From Azolla caroliniana (taxonomy: Eukaryota; Plantae; Polypodiophyta), in assembly GCA_043228905.1 (NCBI GenBank), contig JBHGNT010000018.1, positions 10,292,001-10,356,000 on the forward strand: DNA of 64,000 bases. The letters are read 5' to 3'. A program made the translations under genes and the position numbers. Each line of letters opens with the position of its first letter. Position 1 is the first letter of the stretch. Below are positions 1 through 12,650 of this stretch, piece after piece. Under the pieces are notes generated by a model. The model did no database searches. It saw only the letters and a program-made list of their open reading frames with translations, and had not been told where the DNA came from.

Positions 1-3000
1 GCCGAGAAAGTGCCCCCCTTGGTCGCTTATTAATTTGATTGGGCATCCGTAACGAAACCAGATGTATTCGTATAGAAATTTTGCCGTTGACGCAGCGGTG
101 TTGTCTCTTAAGGCTTTGGCCTCCACCCATTTCATGCAGTAATCCGTCGCGAGGATGACGTACCGATTACCTGTTCTCATTGTCGGTGGTTTGAACGGTC
201 CAACAAAGTCCAGCCCCCACTTCTGGAATGGTTCGAGTGGTAGTACAGGTTGGTGTGGCATTCGAGCTTGCTCCGTTGGCATAGGTCACATTCTTTTGCA
301 TACCGTACAACATCTCTTAATGTAGTTGGCCACCATAGGCCACTTTGCCATATTTTCCTGGTTGTCGCATCTCCGGCATAGTGACCTCCGGCAACTCCGC
401 AGTGGGCTTCCCTCAGTATGAGGTCCTTTTCATCGCTGCGCACAGCCCGTCTCCATATGCCGTCCACGCCCTTGTGGTAAAGTGTGTCTCGCAGTAAGCA
501 GAAATGTCGGCTTTGCACCGCCAAGCATTTCCTTTCGTCCCAGTTCATCTCCTCCGGAGGCAGTCCTGTGCTCAGAAACTGGTGCATATTTGTGAGCCAC
601 TTGTCTTCCTATGCCACCGTTTCATCTGCTGTCGTTTCCGTAGTGACTCGAAACAACTCCGCATCCGGAAAGTCGTCCGCTACTCCGTCGCCCGTCTCTC
701 CAGACTCTAATCGGCTTAAATAATCCGCTACGGCATGCTGTATACCGGGTCGGTGGAATATTTCGAACTCGAATTCTTGTAACAGTAAGGTCCACCGGGC
801 CAACTTACCGGTGAGTGACGCCTTGGACACCAGGTAGAGGAGTGTCGAATGATCTACATGGAAGGAAAAATTCCTTCCCAATAAATAATGCCGAAACTTT
901 GTGACACTGTAGATCATCCCTAGAGCTTCCCGTTCTATGGTAGAGTAGTTCCGTTCCGCTTGGGATAGCTTTCGGCTAGCATAGTACACTGGCCGGTACC
1001 ACTTTGGCTCCGTAAGCTGCATCAATGCGCTTCCGATTACGATGTCGGAGGCGTCCACGAACACATGAAATTCTTTACTCCAATCCGGAGGCTGCACTAC
1101 TGGTGCTTACGACAATAGTACCGTGAGGGCCCTATACGCCCTATCCTCGGTGTCGGTCCACTGGAATGGTGTTCGATGTACCGCGGCATGCAACGGTGTA
1201 GCCAGGTCGGCCAAGTATCGGAGCATCCGGTTGTGCCACCGGATCTGGCCTAAGAACCGGCTCAATGCCTTTGCCGTTGCCGGCACCGGTGCTTCTAATA
1301 TGGCTTTCACTTTGTCTGGGTCAACTGCAATGCCTTCCTTGCTCACAATATGTCCTAGTAGGGTTCCACTGGACACACCAAATACACACTTCGCTGGATT
1401 CAAGCTTAGCCGGTACGCTCTACACTTTTCTAGAAAAAGACGGAGGTGCTGCAAATGATCCTCTTCCCGGCTATAGACGGCGAAATCGTCAAGGAAAACC
1501 TGCATAAAAGCCGGGATATATTCACCAAAGATTTCTATGATGATTCGTTGGAATGTTGTCGGTGCCGTTTTGAGTTCGAACATCATCACCACGGCCACAA
1601 ACACCCCCCATTCGGTGACGAAAGTCGTTCTCTCTTGGTCATCGGGGTGCATCCGGATCTGATTATACCCGCTGAATCCGTCTAGAAAGCTATAGACCTC
1701 ATGGCCAGCGACGGCATCCAACACTCCATCTGTGAACGGAAGTGGAAACGCATCTGTTACCGTAGCCGCATTGAGTTTCCGGTAGTCCACACAAACTCGA
1801 ATTTTTCCGTTCTTCTTCGGTACGACTACGATCGGGCTCAGCCAGCAAGCCCTACGGTGTTCTCCTTTTGCCGCTCTAAGTCTGTTACGGTTTGCTCGTT
1901 TGCTTTCTTTACCCATTCCGTCGCTTGCTTCCGGATGGTCTCGTGCGTCTCCCATTCCTTGGCCATGCCCTTCGACCTTGTGGTCACCTGCTGCAGATCT
2001 GCCACTTCAGGGACTACCATATTTACTGCCGGTCGTTTGTCATAGCTCTTCGCCGGGCATTGATTACTATAATGGCCTTCCTGTCGGCAGTAGTAGCAGT
2101 AGGCTTTCCGGGTATTGCTAGATTCGGCACTGTTTGTTGTACCCGGGGCAGGTCCTGTGGTAAGCGCGGGGTTTTGGGCCGATTGGCTGCTTGAAGCTCC
2201 TTGTTCCGGATCCCGTGGGTGGCCGCCTTTTTTGAAATGCCGTTTTTTGTTATAGTTCTTCTTATTGCGGTACTCTTGACGAGGTTGATCGTTATATCTG
2301 CCGTATTCCTCCCGTTGCTGACGATACCCGGGGGAGTGCTCCCGGTCGTAATGTTCGTATCGTCTATTGTAATCCCGGTACCAATCATATCTATCGTACC
2401 GGTCGTAGTTATCCCACCGATGACTGTATCAGACATCATTCTCCCATCGATCGCCATACCGGACATGCTGTGCCGGTCGGTCGCGGTCCATTCGCCGCCA
2501 GCATTCCTTTTCTTCATCCCGGCTACTGCGTGGCTCTATTTGTCGGACGGGCGGTGCTTGCCAGTTCAATAGATTAAACTCGCACCTATCCATCGTATGG
2601 CCCTTGGATTGACAAATTACACATTGCGTCCTCATAGTGCATTCTAGTGCCGAGTGCCCGGAATTCAAGCAGGTTGTGCACTGTATTGCTTGCCGAAACC
2701 GGAGGTCTTCATCGGACGGTAACGCCCGTTGGAGTGCTCCCAGTGTGAGCCAAGAGCTTGTCTTTTCCATCTCTCTCACCCGGTCAATGACCTGGTCGAT
2801 GGTACTTGCGCGGAAGTCAATTACCGTGCAAACCGTGCGTAGGGGTTCCCGGAGCGCATTTAGGAATATAGTCTGTAATTCCTCCTCTGGGGGTGCGCGG
2901 GCAAGCTGACTATGCATCCGTTGAAACCGGATGACAAACTGGGGAATGCTCTCCCCTGCCTCCTATCGGATGGTATAAAACAAGCCCACCATTACTATCT

Positions 3001-4308
3001 GGTCCACCTCCTTGTGGAAAAAATGCAAGAATTTAGCTTTAAAATCTGCGAAGGTGGTGATGGTAGACGAGTCCTGCATCTGGTGCCATCTTGCTGCCGA
3101 TCCCTCCAATGTGACGCCAAATTCCGCTATCTTAGAGCGTTCCTCTTCCTCCGGGGTCAATCGTTGGGACACATGGTTTGCTTCCCATGTCTGTTCAAAG
3201 GCGTGAACATGAACTTCCGCGTCCAGATTATCTCTATACTTGGAGTACTGGAACGGCATGTCGTCGTCCGGTATCGGTGCGCAGGCTGTTGGTGTTGGTG
3301 GTCGTTCCTGGTTTTTCTCCGGCGTCGGTGGTCTTTCCTCTTCTATTGGTGATGGAGGCCTCTCCTCCTCGACTTCCGGTGTCGGAGGTCGCTCTTCCTC
3401 TGCTTCTGGTTCCGGAGGTTCCAGCCTTAACACTTCCGGTTCCGGTGTCGGTAAGGTGTCTGATCCTTTGTCCTTCGGTCCGCCCGGGGTGTCGTTGCTG
3501 CTACAGTAGTTCGTGTGCATGTTGTATCCCCCTTCGGAATCCGATTCATACGCTGAAAAGGCTTCTGCTTCGCCTTCTCCGCTTGCCAACGCCTGGAGAA
3601 GGGATTCGGTTTCCCGGAGGCTGCTTAGGCTGCTGCCGTCGTCCGGGTGCGATGTTTGCTGTAACCAGAGGGACTCCCCCGCTACTCTCCGGATTACGTT
3701 GGAAAACGAGTGATCCGCTCTAATTTCCTACGCCGCTTGCTAGAAAGCCTCATGTCTCCTTTGCCTTTCGGCAAGGCGTCGAGTTCGATCTGTATCCAGG
3801 TCGTGCGTTGATCTAGTCATCCATTCATGCGGTTGTTCGCTGCAAAAACAGGAATCGTGGTCGCCAAAAACTATGTTAACTCTTAGGGCCGGACAATGGC
3901 CTAACACAGGGTGTCTATGGAAGACACTTCACCAAAGGGGTGTTACGGCAAGAGGATTAGGCTCAACGATTAATCCGACTTAATTAGGTTACTTAGCAAG
4001 GTCGTCCTTAATAATCACACGCGTAAGATATAACAATGAATGCAGAACGGCAATTAACACAGAGAGATAAAAACACTAAGCTTCATTAATTATCCGCTCC
4101 CCATTACATTGTATCCGGGCCTTTAAATAGGTTTCCAGTTTGTAGTACAAAACGATGCCATCCGCACCTGTTCGGGATCGGTCTGGATCCGGAATGGCAT
4201 ACCGATTCCGGTCCGTCCGTCCACACTAATAGCTCACTTACAACCATTCCTTAATAATTAAATAACTCCTTCGTTTCACACTCTGGACTCCTTTGTCGGC
4301 CAGTAACA
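1..4308 (-). mobile_element. Degenerate Athila-like Ty3/gypsy LTR retrotransposon (5' LTR, PBS, gag, RT, RNase H, start of integrase); continues beyond the window start
   Basis: ORF fragments 2963-3589, 2429-2917, 1107-1955, 609-1097 and 177-587 align with the 13489-19338 polyprotein (WLSPIVVVPKK, QVFLDDF, FVDASD, HCGVAGGH..CDLC). Stops and frameshifts are present, and protease plus the RT N-terminus are deleted near 1840. PBS TGGCGACCACGATT (minus) at 3853-3866. Confidence 0.95.
3874..4308 (-). repeat. 5' LTR of the Athila-like relative
   Basis: Reads TGTTAC...TTAACA on the minus strand; clearly homologous to, but diverged from, LTR 13019-13437; followed by the same PBS. Confidence 0.9.
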
Positions 4309-4319
4309 TCTAATTGTGC

Positions 4320-4351
4320 GTGTGTGTGTATACATAAACATACATACATAC

Positions 4352-4382
<31 letters not shown>

Positions 4383-4408
4383 TGTATCTATGTATCTATG
4401 TATCTATG
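4320..4408. repeat. (TG)n/(TACA)n/(TATG)n microsatellite
   Basis: Directly visible. Confidence 0.9.
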
Positions 4409-4668
4409 TGTAAAAATGTATAAATCATTTGCATTAATGTATGTTAATATACAGTTCCCCCTACATATGTCATGACATATTCAAATGTAGACCGGCGGGT
4501 ATCCGCATCAGCGGCATATCCAAATCCGTGATCCTTCAAGTTGGGGTTTACCTAAGCCGAATCAAAGGAACTTGCTCGAGGGGCCTTTCAGATACCGGAG
4601 TATCCACTTGTCGGCAACCCAATGCTCTTTTCCCGGATTGCTTATAAACCGGTTGACTACTCTGATTG

Positions 4669-7600
4669 TGTTGAGAGACAAGCTCAACATCGGCCGGATC
4701 GGCTGAAGAAGCCGAGAACCGGATCGGTTGGGACCGATCAGTTAGGCCGAGTGTGTAAATCGGGAGGCCGTTAGGAAAGATATTCCGTGAGGAATATATT
4801 TGGGAGTTAGTGTAGGAGCTCTTAATGAGCCTTGAAGTACTGTCAGTACTTCAGTCAGTCCTTCGAGGACTTGTATAAAAGTGTTCATGGAACACACGTA
4901 TGAATATAGTCTTGTATGTTCTCCCTCACTCTCTCTGTCTCTCCCGAGTATATTGCGTAAGCTCAAGCTCTCCATTAAACCTGAGTTTTCTTCCTTCTGT
5001 TCCACCTTCATACCTGCTTCCGCACGCTACTTTCTACATGGTATCAGAACGCGAGGGTTGAGAACCTCTCTACAGCCGACACAGCTTGACGAAGAAGAAC
5101 GATGGATAGAGGAATGGCGAGCTCGCTTCCAACAGAGAAGCTTGACAGAACCAACTACGCGTCTTGGTCTTACAAGATGCACCAGTACCTGCTCAGGCAC
5201 GGCTACTGGAGTTATGTTGAAGGAGCTAATGACGCGGCACCCGAATCGACACAAAGAGACTTCCCGTCGTGGGAGCAATCGGTGAGCAGGGTATTGTACT
5301 GCTTCGCGTCGTGTGTGGGCGAACAACTATTGAGCTATGCTCGGGATGCAAAGACGCCAAAGGGTGCGTGGGAAAATCTGAAGAAGATTTTCGCCGCGAG
5401 CACCACAACCAGGAAGCTTCAACTCTGACAGGAGTTGAGCAACCTACGACAACACGACTTGTCGGTGGCGGACTAAACCTCAAAGATCAAGGATATCTAC
5501 GACTCCCTTGCCTCCATAGACGTGAACATCGAGGAGAGTGTGATGGTCCAGATCTGTCTCGAAGGTTTGGCGTCGAAGTTCGGAGCGTTCCGAACGGTTG
5601 TGTGTACCCGGGAGAATACGCCGTCCTTTTTCGACTTACAGTCGATGCTCCTGGTAGACGAGAACCACGCGGGTGCGTCGACGAGCACGCACACCAACAA
5701 CAAGATGTTGTACACGGAGGGAGAAAGGCCCCGTGGTCGTGGCGAACAAGGCGAGTCAGTACGCAATGGAAGCATCCGACGAGATCAAGGAAGAAGGCAC
5801 CGAAGTGATGCCGACAGCAACTCCGGACCCTCCGGAAACAGGGGGAGTCGAAGCGATGAGAACCGGCAAGGGAAGGCCATCGCAGAGTATTGGTACTGTG
5901 GCAAGAAAGGCCACAAGGAAAGTGAGTGCTGGAAGAAGCGCCTGATTCGGAGAGAACCGGTTCCGGAAACGGCTCCGGACATACCGACAAGGGAAATCGG
6001 CAGCGATCGCACTACGCCGAAGACTCCGGGAGAGCCGGACAAGGGTCTGCCTTAGTGACGAGACACGAAGTACACTCAATGAAACAGACCACCCCGAGAT
6101 TGGACGAGGTGTGGTACGTCAAAATCAGACTCTTCCCTGTTCATCCAGAAAGGTCGACTTGGACCAGTTAGTATTTTACTATATGTTGATGACTTGGTCA
6201 TCACCGGCGCCGACCTACGTGAAATCGACCGCGTAAAGCTCCAACTTGCGGCATCGTTCGACATGAAGGATCTGGGGGACCTTCATTACTTCCTCGGGAT
6301 CGAAGTGATCCGTACCCCCAAAGGCATAATGATCAGCCAACGTCATTACGTGTTGAGTATGCTCTTCAAATTCGAGATGGCCGACTGTAAGTCCGTCTCG
6401 ACTCCTCTGGACAGAACCGTCAAGCTTCATCCCGATACGGGAAAGGTATGCGACCCGACGAGGTTCCGACAAATTGTTGGAAGCCTCATATACTTGACCA
6501 TCACCCGACCCGACCTCAGTTATCTGGTTAGGGTGATCAGTCAATTCATGGCGCGACCTACCGAGGAGCAACTTCAATGTGCGCAACGCATACTTCGGTA
6601 TGTCAACGGCACTAAGGACCGGGGACTGCTATATCGGACCGGTGTAGCCGCGCAGTTAGTCGGCTACACCGATGCTGATTAGGCTGGCAACGCTGCCGAT
6701 CGCCAATCCATGTCCGGATACGCGTTCTCTCTCGGGAGTGCCACGATCGCGTGGAGTAGTAAGAAGCAGCCGACAGTTGCACTGTCGAGCACCGAAGCTA
6801 AGTACCGAGGAGCGGTTGTCGCAACATGCGAAGCCATATGGTTGAAGCGGCTACTTAAGGACCTGCAAGAGGAGGTGTCAGATCCGACGACGATCTACTG
6901 CGACAACCTCAGCAGCATCCAGCTCGCGAAAAACCCCGTTTTCCACGCACAGACCAAGCACATTGAGGTGCACTACCATTTCGTCCGTGAGCGTGTTCTT
7001 TCCGATGAAGTCGAACTTCAGTACGTGCCGACGGATCGGCAAACTGCCGACATCTTCACCAAGCCTCTTGGTCTGGACAAGTTTCGGCAATTCTCAGGTG
7101 CGCTTGGGTTGCGTCACCTCGACGTGCCAAACTTCAGGGGGAGAACAGTCCCGAATGACCAAGCAAAGCAGCAGGAGAGGAGCGGAGGCCACGACACCGA
7201 GTCGGTTGACTCGGCTGTTGACTCGGTTGTCGAGTTCGACTTCGGATCGGCTGAAGAAGCCGAGGGACCCGCGGAAAAGTCCGGAAGCGGACAGAAGGGG
7301 AGCAGCCGAAGGAGAGAGAGGAAGCCAACCACGAATTGGGAAGATGACGCCATCGAGGGCGAGAAGACCGAAGACGAGTTGGAGACAGCCAACTCGGACG
7401 ATAGTGAAAACCGATCGGAGGTAGCCGAGTCGGTTTGGATGTTTGATTCAGATACGCTGAATCAACCGAGGCCCATGCGGAAGAAAAGGCAGCAGGAGAA
7501 GCGTCAACACCGCAACAGCAGAAGAGCTGATAAGGGCCGCATGAGCAGACAAGCCGACCGGAAGGGTCGAAGCGCGCGGAGTCGAACAGGTCGAGGAGCG

Positions 7601-8051
7601 CGAGCGAGGCGTGAAGCCAGGAGGAACCGGAGCTGTGAGCCCGAGGATCCCGAAGAGCCTCGAGTTGAGCTTGAGGGGGAGTGTTGAGAGACAAGCTCAA
7701 CATCGGCCTGATGGGCTGAAGAAGCCGAGGACCGGATCGGTTGGGACCGATCAGTTAGGCCGAGTGTGTAAACCGGGAGGCCATTAGGAAAGATATTCCG
7801 TGAGGAATATATTTGGGAGTTAGTGTAGGAGCTCTTAATGAGCCTTGAAGTACTATCAGTACTTCAGTCAGTCCTTCGAGGACTTGTATAAAAGTGTTCA
7901 TGGAACACACGTATGAATATAGTCTTGTATGTTCTCTCTCACTCTCTCTATCTCTCCCGAGTATACTGCGTAAGCTCAAGCTCTCCATTAAACCTGAGTT
8001 TTCTTCCTTTTGTTCCACCTTCATACCTGCTTCCGCACTCTACTTTCTACA
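4669..8051 (+). mobile_element. Ty1/copia LTR retrotransposon with both LTRs; non-autonomous (protease, integrase and RT N-terminus deleted)
   Basis: 370-bp LTRs at 4669-5038 and 7682-8051 (TG..CA, about 11 mismatches). TSD GATTG at 4664-4668 and 8052-8056. PBS TGGTATCAGAAC (tRNA-iMet type) at 5039; PPT GAGCTTGAGGGGGAG before 7682. gag with CGKKGHKESEC; a junction near 6120 joins WYV to KSDSSLF..YVDDLVITG; RNase H SSTEAKY..YCDN..QTADIFTK. Confidence 0.95.
6710..7687 (+). pseudogene. Copia RNase H with a ~180-aa acidic-then-Arg-rich C-terminal extension
   Basis: The RNase H motifs end at LGLRHLDVPNFRG; the frame stays open to ELEGEC* at the PPT/LTR junction. Confidence 0.8.
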
Positions 8052-9394
8052 GATTGCGTATCGAATATCCGGCCTGGTACACACCGTTGCGTACATTAAG
8101 CTTCCGACGGCAAAGGCATATGGTATCTTCATCATCTCAGACTTCTCTGTCTTGGTCTTCGGACTTTGTTTCCAAACAGCTGGTAGTTTTCCGGAAGTGT
8201 CGACACATCCGACATGTTGAACATCTAAAGCACCTTTGTCATGTACTTCTCTTGTGATAACCATAATAATTTCTTCGTTCGGTCCCAGATTATGTGCATC
8301 CCTAGGATCTGTCTCGCCGGACCCATATCTTTCATTGAGAAGGACCGGCTCAGGGCCTTCTTCAGCATTCCGATTTGCAATACTTCATGACTCCGTTCTG
8401 GATGCTACCCATGTAGCCTTCATCATCTAGCCGACTGGTTGATATCAGGTTCAACCAAACCTCCGGAACGTGTCGTACATCTTTCCATAGCAACTTGCAC
8501 CCGGTTGATGTCATCAACCACACGTCTCCTATGCTGACAATTTGGCATGCAACTTCATTTCCCATCCGGACACAACCGTGATCTCCGGCTCTATAGGATG
8601 AGAAGCACTTTCGGTTAGGGATCAGGTGGAAAGATGCTCCAGAGTCAACCACCCATGTCGTTTCGGCGCTAACAAGATGCAACTCACTCTCCTCAGTGAT
8701 TAGCAGTAGTTCTTCCTCAATTGTTGCGATTGCCGACGTTCCTTTCCGATCCGAACTTCTCCAGTCCGAACCATTCTTTGAGTCGACATTGTCAGTTCCT
8801 TTCTCCTTCTAGAAGTGCTGACAATTCTTTTGGAAGTGCCCCGACTTTCCACAATAAAAGCAATTGGGCCTCCACCTTGACTTCGACTTCATCCCTGATT
8901 TGTCCTAGTTATGGGGACTCCGGTTCCGGCTTCTTCCTCGGTTATGGTCGGTTTCCGTGACCAAGGCCTTCGGATCGGTTCTGGTTTCCCGGTCCTTCTG
9001 CAGCTTCTTCATCCAGCAAGCTTGATTTTACCCTTGCTAGGGATAGGTGTTTTCCTTCCGTCCCGGCGTTGTCCAAAGTGACAACTAGTGTCTCCCAACT
9101 ATCTGGGAGGGATCTGGGCAACAACAACGCGAGTATCTCGTCGTCTAGAGGTACTTCCAATGAGGTAGTCTGGTTTATCAACCCTTGGAAGGCGTTCATA
9201 TGTTCCTCCATGTTGGAGCCGTCTTGGTATCAAAGTGCTTCTCTATCGCTCTCTTTGTCTCTCCTCTGCCTATACAACAAGAATGATAACAACCTTATGA
9301 ACAATATTGCCCTAGTTATATTTATACTCATATAACTTTAGGGTTATTTACATATATGACCTGGAACAGTCACGTCGGAACATATACATAGACT

Positions 9395-10274
9395 AATTTT
9401 TGGCCGGATACCAACTGGATCCATCCAATCCGATTTCCGGATATCTTCAGGATCCATCCGATCCGGTTCTTTCCTTCGGCTCGTCTGATCTGGCTTGTCT
9501 GGTTCTCATCCGTGTCCCATCGGGAGGGACCGAATTCCCAACAAGCATGTGTCCCTCTTGCACATTACTCCTCGCTTGGACATAATTCTCCTCGACTAGG
9601 AACATTGACTGAATATCAAAGGGGGAGGATTCTATGTCGCGATAACAGCCGAACCGAGGTGCCAAGCCTCTGAGGTATACCTGCACCATTTCATCGTTTT
9701 CAATGCTGACATTGATCGACTTGAGGGCATCGCACAGCTCCTTGATTTTCAAGGTGTAGCTCCCAATCAACATGTCCCTCTGCTGACTAGTGCATAGCTC
9801 GGAACCGTATTGGCCGAGAAGATTTTCTTGAGGTTCCCCCACGCCTCCTTTGGTGTTTTTGCCTCTCGAATGCAGCCGATCATGTGGCCATGTACGCATG
9901 ATGCAAGGCAGTACAACACACAACTCGCGGCTTGCTCCCAGGTTGGGTAATCGATGTGTGTTAGGTTGGGTTGTGTTTCTTGTGCTCCTTCGATGTAGCC
10001 CCAATAGCCTTGGCCAACAAGGTATTGGTGCACCTTGTACTCCCAAGATGCAAAGTTGTTTCTGTCAAGGTTCTGGGTAGGAAGAGCGCTTCCCATCTGG
10101 GTGCTCATGTTGACTCATCTCTATGATATAGATTGTGCAAAGGCTGCGACAACAGTCGGTTAGTTCTTCGTGAACGTAGGCTTTAACACAACACACGTGA
10201 ATAGGTTTGGACCAAACTACCAATCGCTCTGATACCATGAAACAAAACGAGAGTGATTATGTGCAGTGGAAGAG

Positions 10275-10329
<55 letters not shown>

Positions 10330-10647
10330 TGAGTGAGTGCGTGAGTGAGAGAGTGAGAGATCTCGACGTATACAGAAAACAAGTAAAGACTATATTGTCA
10401 AACAAAAGATTACAAGAATGACCAACACTACAAATGAGGTGGGAAGGTGCTTATATAGTCACCTTCTCTCCATATTCTCTTTCTACAACCACCTCTTAAC
10501 TAAAGGGAGGTGGAGACTTAACTACACTGAATATGTGTCATAGAACTATAAGATTCTATGACACACTGGTTACTACAATAGGTGGAGGGGGTGTTCACAC
10601 ACTAAGGTGTGTTCCCACACTAGGGAAGTTGAGTTTGATTCTGAACA
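9395..10647 (-). mobile_element. Ty1/copia 5' fragment (LTR 10238-10647, PBS, degenerate gag)
   Basis: PBS TGGTATCAGAGC (minus) at 10226-10237. gag MGSALPTQNLDRNNFASWEYK is homologous to the gags at 5114 and 28672. The LTR is homologous to 28152-28498. Confidence 0.85.
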
Positions 10648-11295
10648 GTTTGATTCTTGTGTATGTTAATTTCTGTATATGTATAAGTTCAGTTCTTTTG
10701 AATGTGAATTTTTGTGAATGTGATTCTTTTGTGTATCCTAACCCTAACCATACCTTGAAATCAAGGAGGGGAGCTTGGTGTCGCTTTATTTGCTGCTTCT
10801 CGATGTCAAAATGGGGATAAGAAGGTGTATGAAAAGGGGGATCTCAAAATTCCCTTTTCTTATATATTTTTTACAAAAACTATTTAACGTGTCCCTATAT
10901 CTAGTGTAAAAGTGTCACATAAATTATGCATCATTCTATAATTATGCATCACGTAAAAACATAAAAACATAAAAACATAAAAACATACCCAAATACTTAA
11001 TAATCACTTAACACATTGAATGGCACAACTCATATTGATAAGAATCCCTCCATTATTCACACATGCCCCTAAATTTGGAGACCATTCCCACACCATATCC
11101 AACTTCCACTAAATCAACATGCTCTTATTTTGTTGTTTTCCCATGAGACTACACGATGGGTGACATCCACATTGCTTATCTTATCGATTGTAATTTTACA
11201 AAAAGTAAGGTCATTGCTAAATCCCTTATTTGTTGTAATATAAAATTTAGTATTAGTATCACTTCATGAGAGAATTCATAAAAGAACATAACCGG

Positions 11296-12650
11296 TTTTT
11301 TTATAGTAACACTTTTATTACTAGTGGGAAACCTCAAACTGAGGTGAAAACCCACAAAGAATAAAGAGAAGTATACAAATGGAGACTAGGCACCAAAGAA
11401 CTTAGAAGCACTCAAAGTAAAGAGCGTAAAGTTGTAGTGTGATGTCTCTAAGTTGTAGACAATCAAACAAAGATTGCCTGAGGGATTGCGTAAAGAAACT
11501 AACTTCATGTTATTGGTTTCAATCAAATACTTTACTATTGCATGCCATCTAAATCATCCAAAGTGCCCAAAATCTTGTACATTGTTAGATAGCATGAGTC
11601 CTGTCCAAATAGCCAAAAGTGCTTCCCGAACCTTCAACTAAGAAATCTGTGAGAAAGAGATACACTTAGTCTTTGCGCAAGCGTTGTAGTGAATGAGCAA
11701 GTCCATAATAAGTGTGGGATTGTTTCTAATCATCCACCACATCGTACAGAATGCGTCGAGGCTATCGATCAGTTTTGAATATTCGACCCAGTCGGAGCAC
11801 ACCGAATAGGCATCTCCATAAGAATACTCATTGCTTAATTGTAAGAGTTGAGCTCCATAAGCTTTTATGCCTGTTTTTCCACCAGGACTGTGTTTTGTGT
11901 AGGTGCCACAATGCATTTTCATGTTCTTTGAAAACTTGGGGCAGTTTGCAACAACCTTTACACTGACTGTTTTGTAATCTTATCCACTAGAATAACAATG
12001 TTGCCTTTTTGTAACATCCAGTTCTGAATCTTGTGATCTCCCTTTAGAGGCCCGACCACAATTACTAAGGAAAGTAAAGTACCAACTCTGTGACTTGATT
12101 CCATATAACTCGATGATGTGGCCCAAGACTATAACCACATGTCATGTCGTTGTAGCCGTATAGGTGACCTTGGTTATATTACCACATCTGCAATTGATTT
12201 CAATTCCTTCTTTGCTAAAAAATAAACTTTTCTATGCTCTTGTTCAGCTAGTGACTATGGGAATATAACACTCCAATGTAAGCTTTCAAGGCGTAGGGAA
12301 TTCCCTGATTTTGAATTCTTGCCTCTCCATTTTATGTGGTGCAATACTTCATTTTAGTGCTTTAGAAGCTTTGAACTAAACAGACATCCTTTGTTGTGTC
12401 CGTCAAGCTTTCCAAACACTACATCCCAATGGTTAGTATCCCATGAGCCAAATGACTTGGTTCTCAAATTATCAAACATATCTTATAGCATTCTTGCCCA
12501 AGGCAATGTTTGTCCAACAAATTTTTTTGGCCGTAAATTTGCTTTCCTAGCCAACATATAATTAAGATTATTTACTCTTCTCTTGTGATAGGAGTCGTAC
12601 ACCTCTACGTTGTTGCTTAGAGCACCCAAAGTTTCTTATGATTTTAGAGA
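11296..12650 (-). mobile_element. Degenerate L1-type LINE 3' fragment
   Basis: Minus-strand LWSSTLTIKQ*VFLWRCL resembles the zf-RVT motif; AATAAA and a short A-tract lie near 11296-11318. Boundaries uncertain. Confidence 0.45.

Larger units (their letters stand above)
4480..9235 (-). mobile_element. Internally deleted Ty1/copia remnant (Tnt1/Tork-like), interrupted by the copia at 4669-8051
   Basis: gag (LLLPRSLPDSWETLVVTL), knuckle CFYCGKSGHFQKNC and protease WVVDSGASFH are followed by the RT end PYAFAVGSLMYATVCTRPDIRYA. This resumes left of 4669 as VVNRFISNPGKEHW..KWILRYLKG. Boundaries approximate. Confidence 0.85.

Noticed and set aside
4742-5011. Duplicated small genes (also 7755-8024; 52919-53161, 59441-59722 and 60117-60317)
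   Set aside because: The duplication simply reflects LTR copies; no recognisable domain.
9225-9236. TGGTATCAAAG as a plus-strand PBS
   Set aside because: It falls in the minus-strand copia gag coding sequence (L*YQDGSNMEEH) and has no adjacent LTR.
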